DNA from: a virus
Taxonomy: Duplodnaviria > Caudoviricetes
IMG/VR virus record: IMGVR_UViG_3300020413_000033
Span: 1-34,225 of that record
Direction: 5' to 3' (one strand)
DNA: 34,225 nucleotides
The translations under genes and the position numbers were made by a program. The number at the start of each line of letters is the position of its first letter. The stretch's first letter is position 1. Of this stretch, positions 10,801 to 22,900 are shown piece after piece. The notes under the pieces were generated by a model. It had not been told where the DNA came from and made no database searches. It saw only the letters and a list, made by a program, of their open reading frames with translations.

Positions 10801-12313
10801 CTGTTGTTTGATTTACATCAATTCTTGTTGTATTATTTCCAGCACCTACAGAATATCCAGTAGCACCACTATTTTTTCCTTTAATATAAGATCCTTTTGG
10901 AATTTGTGTTGATGATACAGTTTTGTTTAAATTTAATGCAGTATTTGTTTGGATATCAAATAAACGTAATTCCCATACACTCGTATTACCTTCATAACTT
11001 TGATTTTTTAAATTAAAACTATATGCTCTGGCACTACCTATATTATCACCACCTTGAGCAAAATCTGAAAATAATTGAACTGGTTCACCTTGTTTTGCGA
11101 CACCTCTAACAGAATTAACATCTATTATATTTCCCATTACAAAAGGAACACTAGACGTACTATTAATACCAACTTCTCTAGATTTTTCAACATCAATTAT
11201 AGTAGTTCCTTCTTTTTCAATATCATATCCTCTTACATACGCCTTTCCATCAGATATTTTTAAACACATTAAATCATCAGATGGTGTATTAAGTTGATCT
11301 GTTTTTTCATTTTCAGTAAATATACCACCATTTCCTAAATTATCATTTAATGAATTATGGACAGATAATCCAAAAGGATTTGTAACATAATCTCCAGATT
11401 CATCAAAAGTTCTTTCTGCAATAAAATCTCTTATAATATTAAAGTTTGATTTTGGATTAATGACTTTTATCTTACCAGTTTTAACTCTCATCAATTCAAC
11501 AAAATCAGTGTCATCCTGATCTTCAATTAATTTTTTAACTAAAGTTAAATTAATTTTTAATCTATCAGCACCTGGTGCAGCAAAATTACTAAAACCTTTT
11601 GCATTATCATATAAAGTTTCATCTTGTTTTGCACTAACTATTATTTCATCAATCTTTAATCCAACTCTATATGAGGGTGTATTAGTATAATAATCTAAAA
11701 TTACACTTTGATCAGTAACATTTACAAAATATCCTCTAATAAAGTAAACACCTTCTGTAATAAATGCAGCAGATCCAATAGAAGTTGCATCAGAAGATAT
11801 TAAAGATGCAAATGGTGTTCCAGAATTTATGGTTGTATTACCATAAGTTACATTATCCGAACAAACTAATTGTTCTCCATCTAAAAAAGTGTTTATTTCG
11901 TTATTACTATCAGCACTTGTATATGTGACATAAATTGTTGGAGTATCAACATCATCAGTTGTAGGTAATGCAATATATTTTACAATTCCTTCAATTTTAG
12001 AATTTATGCCAGTTATCTTTTTTCCTAGGAAATTTTGAATGTAGAGTGATATATCAATTCCATAGTTAACTTCATTTATTTTTACTGCAGAAAATTGATT
12101 ATCAAACTCAATAGCACCTGGTATTACAACAGATCCTTCTTTAAAAATATTTTCACCAAAACTTTGTACTTGATTCTGTAAAAGAGATTGAGAAGAAGTT
12201 AATTCTCTAGCTTGAACTGGAAATCCTGGTTTAAATAAAACTTTATAGAAATTATTATTAGGATCAAAGTCATCATAATATGGACTTATATTTAAATTTG
12301 TTTTTTGTGCCAT
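4808..12313 (-). CDS. Large virion/baseplate structural protein, VrlC-like (DUF4815-type)
   Basis: 2501 aa. N-terminal NLNISPYYDDFD..KVLFKPGFPVQARELT, ERTFDESGDY, RRFTMRDIG.IENRV.NLE, RFKTGFFVDGF and DPVAQTF motifs. Follows gp8 as in cyanomyophages. Confidence 0.85.
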   Translation of the reverse strand: MAQKTNLNISPYYDDFDPNNNFYKVLFKPGFPVQARELTSSQSLLQNQVQSFGENIFKEGSVVIPGAIEFDNQFSAVKINEVNYGIDISLYIQNFLGKKITGINSKIEGIVKYIALPTTDDVDTPTIYVTYTSADSNNEINTFLDGEQLVCSDNVTYGNTTINSGTPFASLISSDATSIGSAAFITEGVYFIRGYFVNVTDQSVILDYYTNTPSYRVGLKIDEIIVSAKQDETLYDNAKGFSNFAAPGADRLKINLTLVKKLIEDQDDTDFVELMRVKTGKIKVINPKSNFNIIRDFIAERTFDESGDYVTNPFGLSVHNSLNDNLGNGGIFTENEKTDQLNTPSDDLMCLKISDGKAYVRGYDIEKEGTTIIDVEKSREVGINSTSSVPFVMGNIIDVNSVRGVAKQGEPVQLFSDFAQGGDNIGSARAYSFNLKNQSYEGNTSVWELRLFDIQTNTALNLNKTVSSTQIPKGSYIKGKNSGATGYSVGAGNNTTRIDVNQTTGNFAKGEQLQVNGVDIPLSVGVATIFDSHLIKSVKQEPITGYPQFAANTVQDLYTLPNGINIVNIGAAVGGKSIVTAPNGKFEAALGRGITLRYQQAGINTETYSKIIAVGAGGTNLTISGVSTSVDGIFGNTLPSSDIQVQAYVGDPTIKGNGRLYAPLANANVSTVDLSGSDLRVTKQITGVTFSGNSATITMNDVKALYSDIDTASFEPYDEERYSIHLASGGQRGLPENRFAINADGSQITLTGGPNASNAVVNTSIKKNNIKTKIKDYTRSQLLDVIFSKYERSGSIAVGIGASVVPDGLTFDKRYGVRVQDPEISLNHPDAVKLLAVYESVDTARPSLDEFQFNSTAAVQTNAVIGEDIVGNSSKAIARIVSKSASNANSLGIVYLSETKFTENEVVKFQDSKINTNLISITKGLYRNITRSFTLDKGQKEQYYDYSKLIRNKGIPEPNGRLLIIFDHYSVSNQDEGDLFTALSYDNDRFDTDIPDINGIRATDTIDFRPRVPIYDSTNLNQESPFNFSSRDFTTSIKQYLIPNESSTIGYEYYLPRIDRLYLNQFGDFVYEKGLSSITPKAPERGEDSMQLATIALPPYLYNPQDAVITLVDNRRFTMRDIGNIENRVVNLEETTTLSLLETNAQSLQIQDAQGRSRFKTGFFVDGFKNNSLINPLSTININPNAGELIPRRSRNTLTNQITPKNSLISSQIDFQENFELFDTKIQKTGDAITLKYDEEVWLGQYYATELGIVNVNPYELPAIVGRISLNPFEDVWTTTRQNPITLDETTTNPTTTQNINLGGNIDLRRFGTIDTGVTARDEKRGRFRIRQTLINGEKRTGSFTFTESDTNLQNRLISSANEDFMRSRNTELKSSGFPVKTKVYLFIDGQKIEDVIPKLIPITKTSGGSDYGSTSSFQIGETVKGYSPDGTEIINFRLCTPNHKDGPFNNPTETYATDPYTDLNIQTLYSQSSNILNIDTRSLSEEAQGAYSGYLVANTKLVGQTSGAEAYVKDFTNNKLITDEYGEIIAAFFIRDPSDIVPVKVTTGNKSVRLTTSIDNRQVPPGQDPNVIFAEAQYVTRGTEETFQETLVGSITQTTVNIEAQTNILANLKQPIPRHDDPVAQTFVVGGNVYAPSAVQANEDLNGFFLTSVEVFFASIDQDANSPITCEIRETTGDARPSRILRGRSKTLYPFTTDESGNRVQNIQFDATSASIGTKFTFPEPIYLEPGKSYAFVLLAPRSVNYTVWFGKHGDVAVNPQSIPGSTGETTRYSRQYGAGAFFMSQNGSLWTEDQTKDLTFVLHRANFTESQGSAYFNNPDLNESNGYVPTLRNNPITVLPKTGSIGIETYASGTGDNQLHLYLTPGRKISGKWNTSTAVLNSTGAGAGTVSIAQSGTNYRAGGGGNLSGVTVDTFNIIGSGSGLKLDVTSTNSVITGVTTTTNSTGRGYQTGDVVGIVTSSLGNGSGTGAEFTITTNGNEIDTLYLTNIQGKKSTSWDTAVGIGLSYFKDNGEVFQSNKIVKTSTIDINETGLNSGNILKVDHFNHGMYSTTNKVKLSDITSDTTPSTLSAPLSRDETGVISVASTVPFQKFEGIDVNGTTGYIGYVKIGDEIIGYRDTAGGVLTIASDAGSIRGVDNTISVSHNQGTTVEKYELGGVSTRRLEVSGISLTDNVELDHYHLSFDRSANGEDRSSDSVNGDKPELSFKVDSFESPPAVGGSLVKGTQNILYSALVPRYSAITPSGVDGSRTGITGSIRTISGTSVDGSENSFDDRGFENIQINTINSLDDVAIVASKINENEYLPTLPRNKSFTTILNLSSNNQYISPIIYLSESKTEFINHRINNPIGLESYSSDNRVNSILDDPHSSVYYSNTVGLKNPASSLKILISAVRPAETDIRVLYHLIKADSDEIMQGFELFPGYKNIDQSDAFGDSVKDPDKNDGRSDSFVNPSTEDEFLEYQFTADNLDLFIGYTIKIVMVSTSQAKTPKIKELRSIAIR

Positions 12314-12318
12314 TTTTT

Positions 12319-13923
12319 TTAGAATTCCAGAATAATTTTAACGTCTTCTTTTTGTCTTAAATCACGTTCAACCTCTTTACGGTTATCAATGTAAATTATT
12401 TCACCTGTCTTTTTATTTATCTCAGGATTTGCAAGTCCATTTTCAAATCTAATACCCAAATTAATATTTTTATTATTAACAGAAGTTGAAAATCCAGAAA
12501 AATTTGAATTTACAGAAACTGTAAAATCAGCACCTGGTGCTGTAGCAATAATCGGTTGAGTATTTGAAAAATTCAAAACATGCGAATTTGTTGCAACATT
12601 AGCATTATCTGTATGATCATTAGCATTTGGAAAATATAAAGATTTATCTTGAAAATATTTCAATACTTTAGTTTCCCTATCAAATGATGCAACATATCCT
12701 TTTGCAATTCCACTAGTAACAGTTTGTGTTATTGCTGCACCAACAATAGCTGGTGTATTACCTATCTCAGTAAGAGAGGTATCAGTTAACATAACAGAAT
12801 TTAAAGAAGAATAAGTATTACTGGTAGATATTCCTGAAGAATCAAATAATTGAGGATTTTTTATAATTCCAACCTGACCAAAATGTGTATCAACTGGAAA
12901 ATCTTTTGTTGAATCATCAAATCTAGCATAAACTAATACTTTATCTGCTCCCAATTCTGTATAGATATCAAACCCATGACCCTTAGATGGGGGAATAATT
13001 GGTATTAATTCTGCATTTGTTGATGGACTCCCTCTAAGTGAAAATAAATCTACAACTCCGAAAGTATATCCTGATCCTCCAGCAGTTACAATAATATCAG
13101 TAATTTTACCAACACTGTTTGTTGTAATTTGTGCCTTAGCTCCAGTTCCATCTCCAAGAATATTACAAATTTCAGTTTTACCTGCAGAATATCCTAAACC
13201 ACCATTTTTAATATAAACTTTTTTTATTTGATTTTTATATAAATCAGAATTACCAGACTCTCTTATTTCTTGAATTTGAGAATCTGTTGAAGTTGACCAA
13301 TTACTTGGTAAAACAATATATTCAGTAGAATCAAATTTTATAATATCACTTGGTGAAACAGTGTACAAATATTTCCAAATGTACCCATCACCCTGTGTTC
13401 CAGCAGAAGATGGTTCCACATCAGTAAAAGTTGGTTCATCTAAGGAACCTTTACCTTGTATTAAGTCACCAGATGATCCATTATCGATACAAATATAAAC
13501 TCTAAAATCAGAGTTCATAACATAATAATTGGTATTGTATAATCCAGAACCTCCATTTGGTGTAGGATTTTTACTAACACTATAATCATGACGATACATG
13601 TCATATTTGGTATTTGCAATCCAATTATGTTTTTTAACGACTCTTCTAACATTAGATGATGTTATTCTCTTAGCAAAAAGTGAAGTATCTCTGTAAAGAG
13701 TTCTGTATTGTAAATTATCAACTGGTGATGGAACACTAGTATCGGTATTATCATTCCAAGTACTACTTCTTCCAATTCCAACTCCAGAACCATCAGCTCC
13801 TCCACCTGTAGTTGGATTTGCTAGTCCTAAAAACGCATAATAAGAATTATTAGCATTTTCAACGGATTCTATGAAATTACTAGCATTTAATATTCTAAAT
13901 TGATCTGTTACTATCGCGGGCAT
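12319..13923 (-). CDS. gp8: Baseplate wedge subunit gp8
   Basis: MPAIVTDQFRILNA, YDMYRHDYS, NYYVMNSDFRVYICIDNG, DGYIWKYLY and C-terminal GEIIYIDNR..QKEDVKIILEF. Confidence 0.92.
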   Translation of the reverse strand: MPAIVTDQFRILNASNFIESVENANNSYYAFLGLANPTTGGGADGSGVGIGRSSTWNDNTDTSVPSPVDNLQYRTLYRDTSLFAKRITSSNVRRVVKKHNWIANTKYDMYRHDYSVSKNPTPNGGSGLYNTNYYVMNSDFRVYICIDNGSSGDLIQGKGSLDEPTFTDVEPSSAGTQGDGYIWKYLYTVSPSDIIKFDSTEYIVLPSNWSTSTDSQIQEIRESGNSDLYKNQIKKVYIKNGGLGYSAGKTEICNILGDGTGAKAQITTNSVGKITDIIVTAGGSGYTFGVVDLFSLRGSPSTNAELIPIIPPSKGHGFDIYTELGADKVLVYARFDDSTKDFPVDTHFGQVGIIKNPQLFDSSGISTSNTYSSLNSVMLTDTSLTEIGNTPAIVGAAITQTVTSGIAKGYVASFDRETKVLKYFQDKSLYFPNANDHTDNANVATNSHVLNFSNTQPIIATAPGADFTVSVNSNFSGFSTSVNNKNINLGIRFENGLANPEINKKTGEIIYIDNRKEVERDLRQKEDVKIILEF

Positions 13924-13940
13924 CTTATCGGTTTTTTAGA

Positions 13941-13948
13941 TATTTATA
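13941..13948 (-). promoter_or_regulatory. T4-type late promoter TATAAATA
   Basis: Exact TATAAATA on the minus strand in the 33-bp gap between gp7 and gp8. Confidence 0.8.
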
Positions 13949-13956
13949 CAACATAT

Positions 13957-16900
13957 TTAAATAGGTGTTTCCAAACCACCAGTTTCACTAAAAGTATCAC
14001 CCCCAGACATACCTCTTCGTTGTATAGTTGGGAAGCTTGATAAACCAGAATTTACAGTTAATCCAGTAACACCAATCGAAACTGGAGAACTAGATCTTGT
14101 AATATTTGATAAAGCTCCAAGAGAGTAATTACCAACCTGATCATCTGCACCAATTCCAGCTGTGGCTGCAATACCAATAGTGTTTGTATCAGATTTAATG
14201 GTACATGTTATTATTCCAACCACTGAAGGTGCGCTACCTCTAGTTGTAAATTGTGCCACTGAATAAACATTATCAACAAATTCTGTTCCAATACCAACAG
14301 TATGAATTCCACTTATATCCATTGATGTTAATCCTGCACCAACACCTGTATTGTAGATATAAATTGGTTTTCCAACTTGAATAACATCAAAACTTCCAGA
14401 ACCTGAAGTAACTGTATTAATTCCTATGAATTTAATACCTAAGGTTGATCCTATAACTGTTGTTCCTATTCCTGTAATTATACCTGATGTTGATTGAACA
14501 CTAACTCCTAAGTCTGGAGTTGTCACTATTTCTTCATCTGATTGTGGAGATTCAATAATAACTCTTGGTGGATTTGTTTGAGAATATCCCAAACCTGCAT
14601 TGGTGATTGATACAGTTTCTATAGTTCCTGCTGCACCGACAGTCACGGATGCTGAAGCAAAAGTAGAAACTCCTACAACGGCAAATTGATCTCTGGTTAT
14701 AGTTCCAACACTAACACCGATTGGTGCACCGATTGTTATACTTACTGCTGCTCCTACAGTGTATCCAACCCCTGAATTAATAATATTAAGGAATTGAACA
14801 GTTCCTGCTGCAGAAACAACTGCTGATACCTCTGCAGTTTCTACAGGTTTCCCAGAAATGATAGTATTTCCAAATTTCAAATTTGTTCCACTTGGATTTT
14901 TTTCATAATCAAATAACTCTGCATTATCAACATAGAAAACAGTATCACTTGTATTAAAGTCACCAATAATTTTTGCAGTTGGTAATATTATAGGTTCTAG
15001 ATTTTTTCTTTTTTTAGAAATTAAAATATTATCAATTATAACATCCTCTTTTTGTTTCAATAATTTTATTGGTCTATCAATTGTACCAGTTGTGTCAATT
15101 CCAACTCCCCTGTAACTTATTGTTTCTAAACTACTTTCTGTATCTAAAGATTTAATTCTTCTTCTATCTTGACCTCCTAACTGAGAGTTACCTATAATTT
15201 GAACTTGATCACCTAATTCGAAAATACTTGTAGTTCCTGTAGAAACGAAACTATCAACACCATCAGTTCCTTTATAGAAGTAGAGTGCAACCTTTGCAGA
15301 AGGATCTAATGGTTCTCTAAAATTAATAGACCCAGATCCAATAAATTCATATGATACATTTGGTTCTTGAAGAACACCATTAATAAAGACCACTAATAAA
15401 CTTTCAAGACTACTATCTAAATCAGGATCTAACTTAAGTGTAATTGGTAAAGCATTATACTTTAATGGGAATCTAGTTCTCGATCCATTTTGTAAACTTT
15501 GAATGCTATCAAGAAAATCTAATTCACCAAACTGCCACATACAGAAATCATCTTTGTAAACTCTTTCAATTTCTACCGTAGATTCTTTATATGGTTTATA
15601 TAATCTTCTATCAGTAACCAATCCAACTGGTTGAAATACATCACCTCTTTCAAATGCATATCCAGATCTATTTTGAACAAATTCAGTGAATTCAAAGAAT
15701 CCTGAACCTATTCCTGTAGTGCTACTTGCAGAAACAACAGGAGTAACAAGCAATCCAGTTCCTGTAACAGATGTTGATCCTAAACCAACTCTAGATATTC
15801 CTTTGACAGATAAATTGTCATATGATGGTAGAGTTACATATATTTCTGGATCAGTGTATCCTGAACCAGATTCCTCTACTGTAAATTGTAATGCTCCACC
15901 AGTATTAACATTTGATTTTCCAACATCGACAGTCAAAGTATTAGTTGTAAATGATAAAATTGATGTTTGAACACCTGCAACTGGATCTGTAGATCTTGGA
16001 TAATAATGAAGACTATTAAAATCATCCTGTGAACATCTAAATGCTAAACTTGCAGTTTTAATACCAATAGTATCACTACCATTCATTCCATGAGCAGTTC
16101 CAAACGATAATACTAATAAACCAGTGTCTGGTGCATATGTTGCTCCTGTTGGAGTAAATGATAATCCTGAGAAAGAATTTTTTCTAATACTATTGTTTAA
16201 AATACTATTTGCAGCATCAAATGAGTGAGTATTATATTGTTTTGGTGTTGCAGTAATTCTTGCATTTGATCCTGTAGGATCACTTATTGTAATTCCGATA
16301 GAAACTATGTTATTATAACCAGAACCTAATGTTAAATGACCGTACCAAGGGAAAGCAGTTCCAGATCCAACGTAACTATGAGGAATTGTGCTAGTACCAA
16401 CATTAACTCTAATTTCATTTGTTGATCCAATACCAACTCCTGTTCCAATAATTGCAAATTTGTCTCCAATAGTTCCATCTGGGAATATCGTAGTGGTTAT
16501 TCCAGCATGTCCTGCAGGACAATCAAACTCCAATCCTAATAATTTAACTTCATCAACATTCGGATCACTGAATTTAATATTATGTGCATCTGATGTTCTA
16601 ATTGACAAGATTCCAGTGTTATTATTATAACTGGCAGTAGAGATGGCTAGAGCAGATCCAGTTGTCGCAACACCTACGTGTGTTGTGATTCCACCACCAC
16701 CATCTAAGACTGCCCTTACACGAGCACCTACGAGGGGTGCATAGCCTAATCCAGTTGTAGATCCAAAGGAAATTGGAATACCACCTCTTGGTATATCATT
16801 ATTATTGACATCTGTGGGATCTATGACTAATTCATTAGTTCCAATAGAACTTATACCAGAAAATACCATACTTGTAACACCAGTTGCACCACTACCAGAT

Positions 16901-19900
16901 TCTATAATTTTAAAATTATTGCTTGGATTATTATCTGTTGAAGGTGTTTGGAATACTCCATTAATCATTAAAATTCCATTTCCACCACTGGTTCCGATAC
17001 CAATAGTGTTTGCACCACCAACAGTTAGGGTGAATGAAGTTGTTATTCCATTAAAATTATTGGATACATCATCAAATATTAAATTACTACCATAATCATT
17101 TCGTAAAAATACTCTTCCTTGAAATTCTGATGTTTCAAGAAGTAAACCACTAGAAGTTACTTGAATATCAGGGTTTCCTCTAGGTGCATCAAGAAAATGA
17201 ACAGTACTATCAACAATATTAAAAGATCCTTTAAATTTATCAATTTGTGCACCGTCAGAATATGAAGATACTGAAGTTCCAACAGAACCTCTTTTAACTT
17301 GAACAAGTGAGAAATTACCAACAGATGATAATCCAGGTGTTATAGGTCCATATGAAGTAGTTCCAAACCCAACATTTGTAACTCGCATAAATTCATTTTC
17401 AATTTGCATTATATCGTCAGGAACTATTGTAGAAATTCCACTTAAAGAAATAATTTCTGTCGAAATTCCTATTCCTCCACCAATATTATTTTCTAAATTA
17501 TAAGTTACTGAACTAGGTGATACTGGATATTGGATAACATCATCAATTGTAAGTAAAGATTTTTCATTTCTTTTTGCCATTGTAAATTTATGCCTATTCC
17601 CTTCCCCTAAACCTGTAAACGTAACTGCAGTTCCAGATCTTGTTGTTGAAATTTGGAAACTATCATCATTGACTTTTATAGCAAATACTGTAGAAGGTAA
17701 TTCCTCCATAGATCCCGTTGATGATTTATATTGAATTCCAGTTGAACCTATTCCTATAACTGTTGATTCTGGAGTATAGATTAATTCTTCATTAGTTCTA
17801 AAGAAATGACTATTAATATTAAAAGTACCAGTGGTTGCTGCTAATGAAACCGAATTAGGATTGAATGTTTTAGAGAAAATTGGAATATTATCTGTTCTTA
17901 ATTCAAAATCTTTTCTATTAACTCTTTCACCATTAATAGCATTATATAATTTAAAAAATATATCCTCTCGCAATCCTTCACCGTAATTAAGAGAATTGGG
18001 AATATTAAATCTATCAAATCCTTTATAGAAAGCTTGATTAAACACTGATACTGTAGTTACACCAACTAAATCATCTGGATGGAATAAAACCTCAAAATTA
18101 TTACCATTAATATTTCCACCAAATGTTCCTAATCCTAAGTTGCCATCTCCACTTGTTAAATACTGAGCTGGTTGAACATAAACACCTTGACTATCCCTAA
18201 CTGATAAGACTTCATGAACTGCTCTTGAACCAGTTGTTGAATTGACTTCAACTAAAGATTTAACTGCATCAAATAAACCAGAATTTAATTCAACAACAGA
18301 TGTTGTTCCAACACCGCTACGTGCAAAACCTTCATATATCATAGATCTTTCAGATCCATCTATTTGATCGGCAGATTTATATCTATACGTGCCAATACCA
18401 ACATCAGGATCTCCAAAACCAGTTATTTTAGATCTAATAGTAACAATATCTGAGGTTGTGTTTTCATACTTGAATGATAAAGATTGTCCAGATAAAGTTG
18501 CAGTTAAAATTCCTATTCTATTATTTGACAATGATGAATCTTTAGAATCAATATATGCCTCTGCAATATAAGTGTCTTGTCCATCATGAGTAACATAATT
18601 TTCTACAAAATTTGATTCTCCAGTTGAATTATTAACTATTTGGGAATTAACAAAGAAAGAATTAATTTCATTTGTTGATATAGTCAATATTTCATTGGTA
18701 GATCCACCAGTAAATGTTCCAATGAAAGCATTATTATTAATTGGACCAACATTTACACTGGACGCCGAAGAAACAACGTTTGTAAAACTACTTTGGAGAA
18801 CTTTTACATCATAATCAATTTCAAATTTTTCGGTAGGAGTAAATCTTAAAGTAGTAATATTTGTATCAGGATCTTGGAATAATTCAAAAGATCCAAATCT
18901 ATCTTCTTCTAAAGATTGATAATCTGTTCCAGAATTAATTACTTCATATTTTTCCAATAAAACATTTGTATTTAAATTATTATCAACACCTGCATCATCT
19001 CTATTAACTATAACAATTTCTGACAATTGAATTTGTGTTGTAATACCTGTTTTATCATTGTTTGTAATTTTTAATAATAAGTTAGTATATTCACCACTAT
19101 TTGGCACTTCAAGAACATCTAAAAATACATTTAAATTATCTTCTAAGTTAGAAAACTCACTATTAATATTGTCTATCAAAAATACATCATTAGTATTACA
19201 TTTTATAAAATCTGATAAAGTAATGTTTTTAAAATCAATTAATCTTGCAACATCACCAAGCACATCTTTATCTGAAACTAAGTCAATATCATTAATTGCA
19301 TCAACTCTATTTTCTTCAATAATATCATTAATTGATGATGTGAATGAGGTTGATCCAATTCCAATATTAGAAGTTGAAGTAATTCCAGTATCTGCAAAAT
19401 TTTTCAATCCGCTAGTATGTAATAGATTATTAACAGGAGTTTGCAATTCATTCCACTCAATAGGACTCTTAACAGAGTAAGATAAATTTTGATAATAATC
19501 ATTATCTGGAATTACTTGTGTGTCTAAATCTAATTTACCAATATCATCAAACCATCCAATATTTTTTGTGGATGAAAAATCAACTTTATATCTTCCTAGA
19601 TTATTAATTATTTTTTCAATTTTAGATATGTTTCCTGAAGTTCTACCAGTAATAGTATCATTTACATTTAATTGATCAACATCTGTTCCTGAAACTTTAA
19701 TAAAAGTACTAGTGCTATCTGAAATTTTAATATCTAAAACAACATTATCTTTAATAATTGATTCACCTATTTTATACCCTTCTCGAACTTGAGTTGCGGT
19801 AAGCACTGGATAATCAGACTGTTTAACAACCGATGTAAATCTAGTTGGTGTTGTAACTGCTATACCAACATTTGTTGTTATACCAATCGCATTAACTCTA

Positions 19901-22900
19901 AATTTAAATGGATTTGTGGCAATAACTGATGTGATTGGTAAGAAATTGTAACCTAAATCTTCAGAATTAAATCCTGATCCTTCTGTTCCATATTTTTCAA
20001 TACCCTCAATAAATATTGAATCGTTCGTAGTGAGTGGTGGGTTTGGGAATCCTAGTGTCGGTGTTAATAATGTAATATTAAATTCAGTTGAAGATATAGT
20101 ATCAACTTCACTAATAGTAATACCGTTCGTATTATTAGTAGTTGCAACTCTAACAGTATTATCAGGTAATCCATATGGTTTTTCTACAATATCTACAGAA
20201 GTTATAGAATTGTCAACCATGTTAGCCTGTAAAAATCCTTTATCAACTAAAGTTCCTGTATTACTATCAACAAGAATCACATTTGGGGGATCATTAAAAT
20301 TTCTTCCGCCAAATGTTACAGTAACTACTCCAACACTGTTTGAATTCTTTAATTGAATAATTGGTGAAATATACGCAGTTGGTTCTAAAGTTTTATCAGA
20401 TGAAAATTCAAATCCTTGATTTATTATTCTAATTTCTGATACATTACCAATATCATCAGATTTTGGAGATATTATCGCATCTTTTCCAGAAGATGTAGAT
20501 CCAGTTCCAACAAATTCAGGTAATTTTTGATATCCAGATCCTTCTGAAATAATATTAACCTTATTAATTGAACCTTTTGCTGTTTTTGAATTTGTAAAGT
20601 ATTCAAACACATCACATTTAGTTGGTGTATATAATGATTCTTCTGGAGCATCTTTTAAGAATACGTTAAATGATGTAACTCCTACGCCAGATATTGTATA
20701 GGATTCATTATATTTACTATTCACATATAAAATTTCAGAGTAATTATCTACATTAGTATCAGAAGTAGAAATAAATCCAGATTTATTTAAATTATAATAT
20801 AGTGTTCTAGGTAAACCATCAGTGTAAGTAATAGTTGTTATAGAACTTGCAGTTGAAACATTAAATGCTGCTGTTGATCCAGTGGATACAAATTCATTTT
20901 TAAATCCTTGATCATAGTAAATTTTAAAGTCATAATCATCTATGGAAGAATCAGTATGATCAAAAACAAGATTTCTATTTTTAATTGATTCGATTTGAGG
21001 ATTTATTAAACTAATTGTTTGTCCAGAACTACCAGTTCCTGTTATTTCTACAACATTTGGTATTGGTTGTAGAGCATCAAATGAAGTTTCACATAATTTT
21101 ATTAATTTATCTTTAACTTTATATACAAAATAATTTCCTGTTGATAATCCAGATGCACTTCCAGAATATAGAACTTTATCACCTGTCTTTAAATAATTTG
21201 TACTTATTCCAATTGTATTATCAGATATATTAACATTCGAAGATCCAAATTCTATAGGATTAACTAATAAATTACCAGTTATCAAATCTCTTTTTAAAAC
21301 TACCTTCTCATCCGATCCGATTCCAGAATTTACTTTTGGTTTGATATTTAAAGTAATTGAATCATTTTCAGATAATTCATGAGATGTTGAAACGGAAACT
21401 GTGGTCTTGAAACTTTGAACTTTAGATAAAACCTGTGTATCTTCCACACTCTCAAATAAATATAAGTCACTATTAGCAGAATTAATATTACGGAAAAATA
21501 CTTCTCCATAATTATTACCGTAAACATCTGTACCTATACCTGTTTTAATTCCAATTGTATTAGAACCTTTCTTTACAACATAAAGATTTGATGACGGTAG
21601 ATTAAAAGTACCAGCATTTGTATCTGTAGAAATTGAAATTGCATTTGATCCAAATTGAACAAAATTAATTTTATCATTAGTTTCAAAAGGATGATTTTCA
21701 ATGTAAATTTGTTTTACTGGAATATTTCTTTGAACATCATTATTTGCAAACTTAAATGAAACATTATATGAAGATCCTGTTGTTGTTCCTAATCCTACTG
21801 CCTCTGCTGGATTAAAGAATATTTTTTTCTTTTGATATGATTCAAAATAATCAACTTTTTTATTAATTGTAAAAGAATTAGGTAAAAATTCAACAACAGT
21901 ATTTGGAGAATGTTCAGTTCCATAATTTGCTGGACCTCTTTTAACTCTTAAAATATTAAGACTATCATATTTGTTTAAAATTTCTAAAGTTTCAGATCCT
22001 ATCTTTATACTACTACCAATAGAAACAGATTCTGGAATATTAGATACATATATCTCTGTTGTAATTCCTATAACATCAGATGCACTAATAGTTGATATAG
22101 TATTACCAACAAATGTTGTAATTCCAATTTTATAAGATCCATTAATTCTTGATAAATTGGTAGAAATTCCAGAGATTTTTACCATATCATTATTTTTTAA
22201 TGTATTGGTAGTTGATGTTGTAATTGCAACAGTTAACTTATCTTCATTCCATGCAATTAAAGAATTATCAAAATCTTCTATCGTTGTTTCTAAAGAATTT
22301 AAAGTTTTCCCCTTTATTGAAGTAATTTTTGCAGATAATCCACTACCACTAGTTTCGGAATTATCAAACTGTAAAATTTCATTTATTTTATAATCTGATC
22401 CATCATTAACTATTTCAAGTTGATTTATAGATCCTGAAGTCGTTGATTTAATTTCAATTAATTGATTTTCCAATTCATTTGTTTCTACAATAAAATCGTT
22501 GTTGGCAAATTTATCAGATACTTTATATGGGAAAGTATTTCTTAAAATATCTGAAGTATTAAAATCAAAATTTGATTGATCAACATTACCTATATTTTCT
22601 TCTATTGGTAAAGATCTATAACTATTTCCAATAAAATATGGAAATACTGGATTATTTTTATTGTTAGTAATTGCATGATATGCATAAATTCCATCTGGAA
22701 ACTCTTCTGTTTTTTCAAATCTACCATTATGTTCATCTAAATCACCAGTTAAACTATCAAATTTATAATCTTCGACAAAATATCCATTTTCAAATCCTTC
22801 TGGTCTATTTTCTACTTTCGATAAATCGATACTATATCCAGATTGTAGTCTCTTAGTTCCTGAAACAGGATTGGAAGGATCCTCATTTGGATTTACTAGT

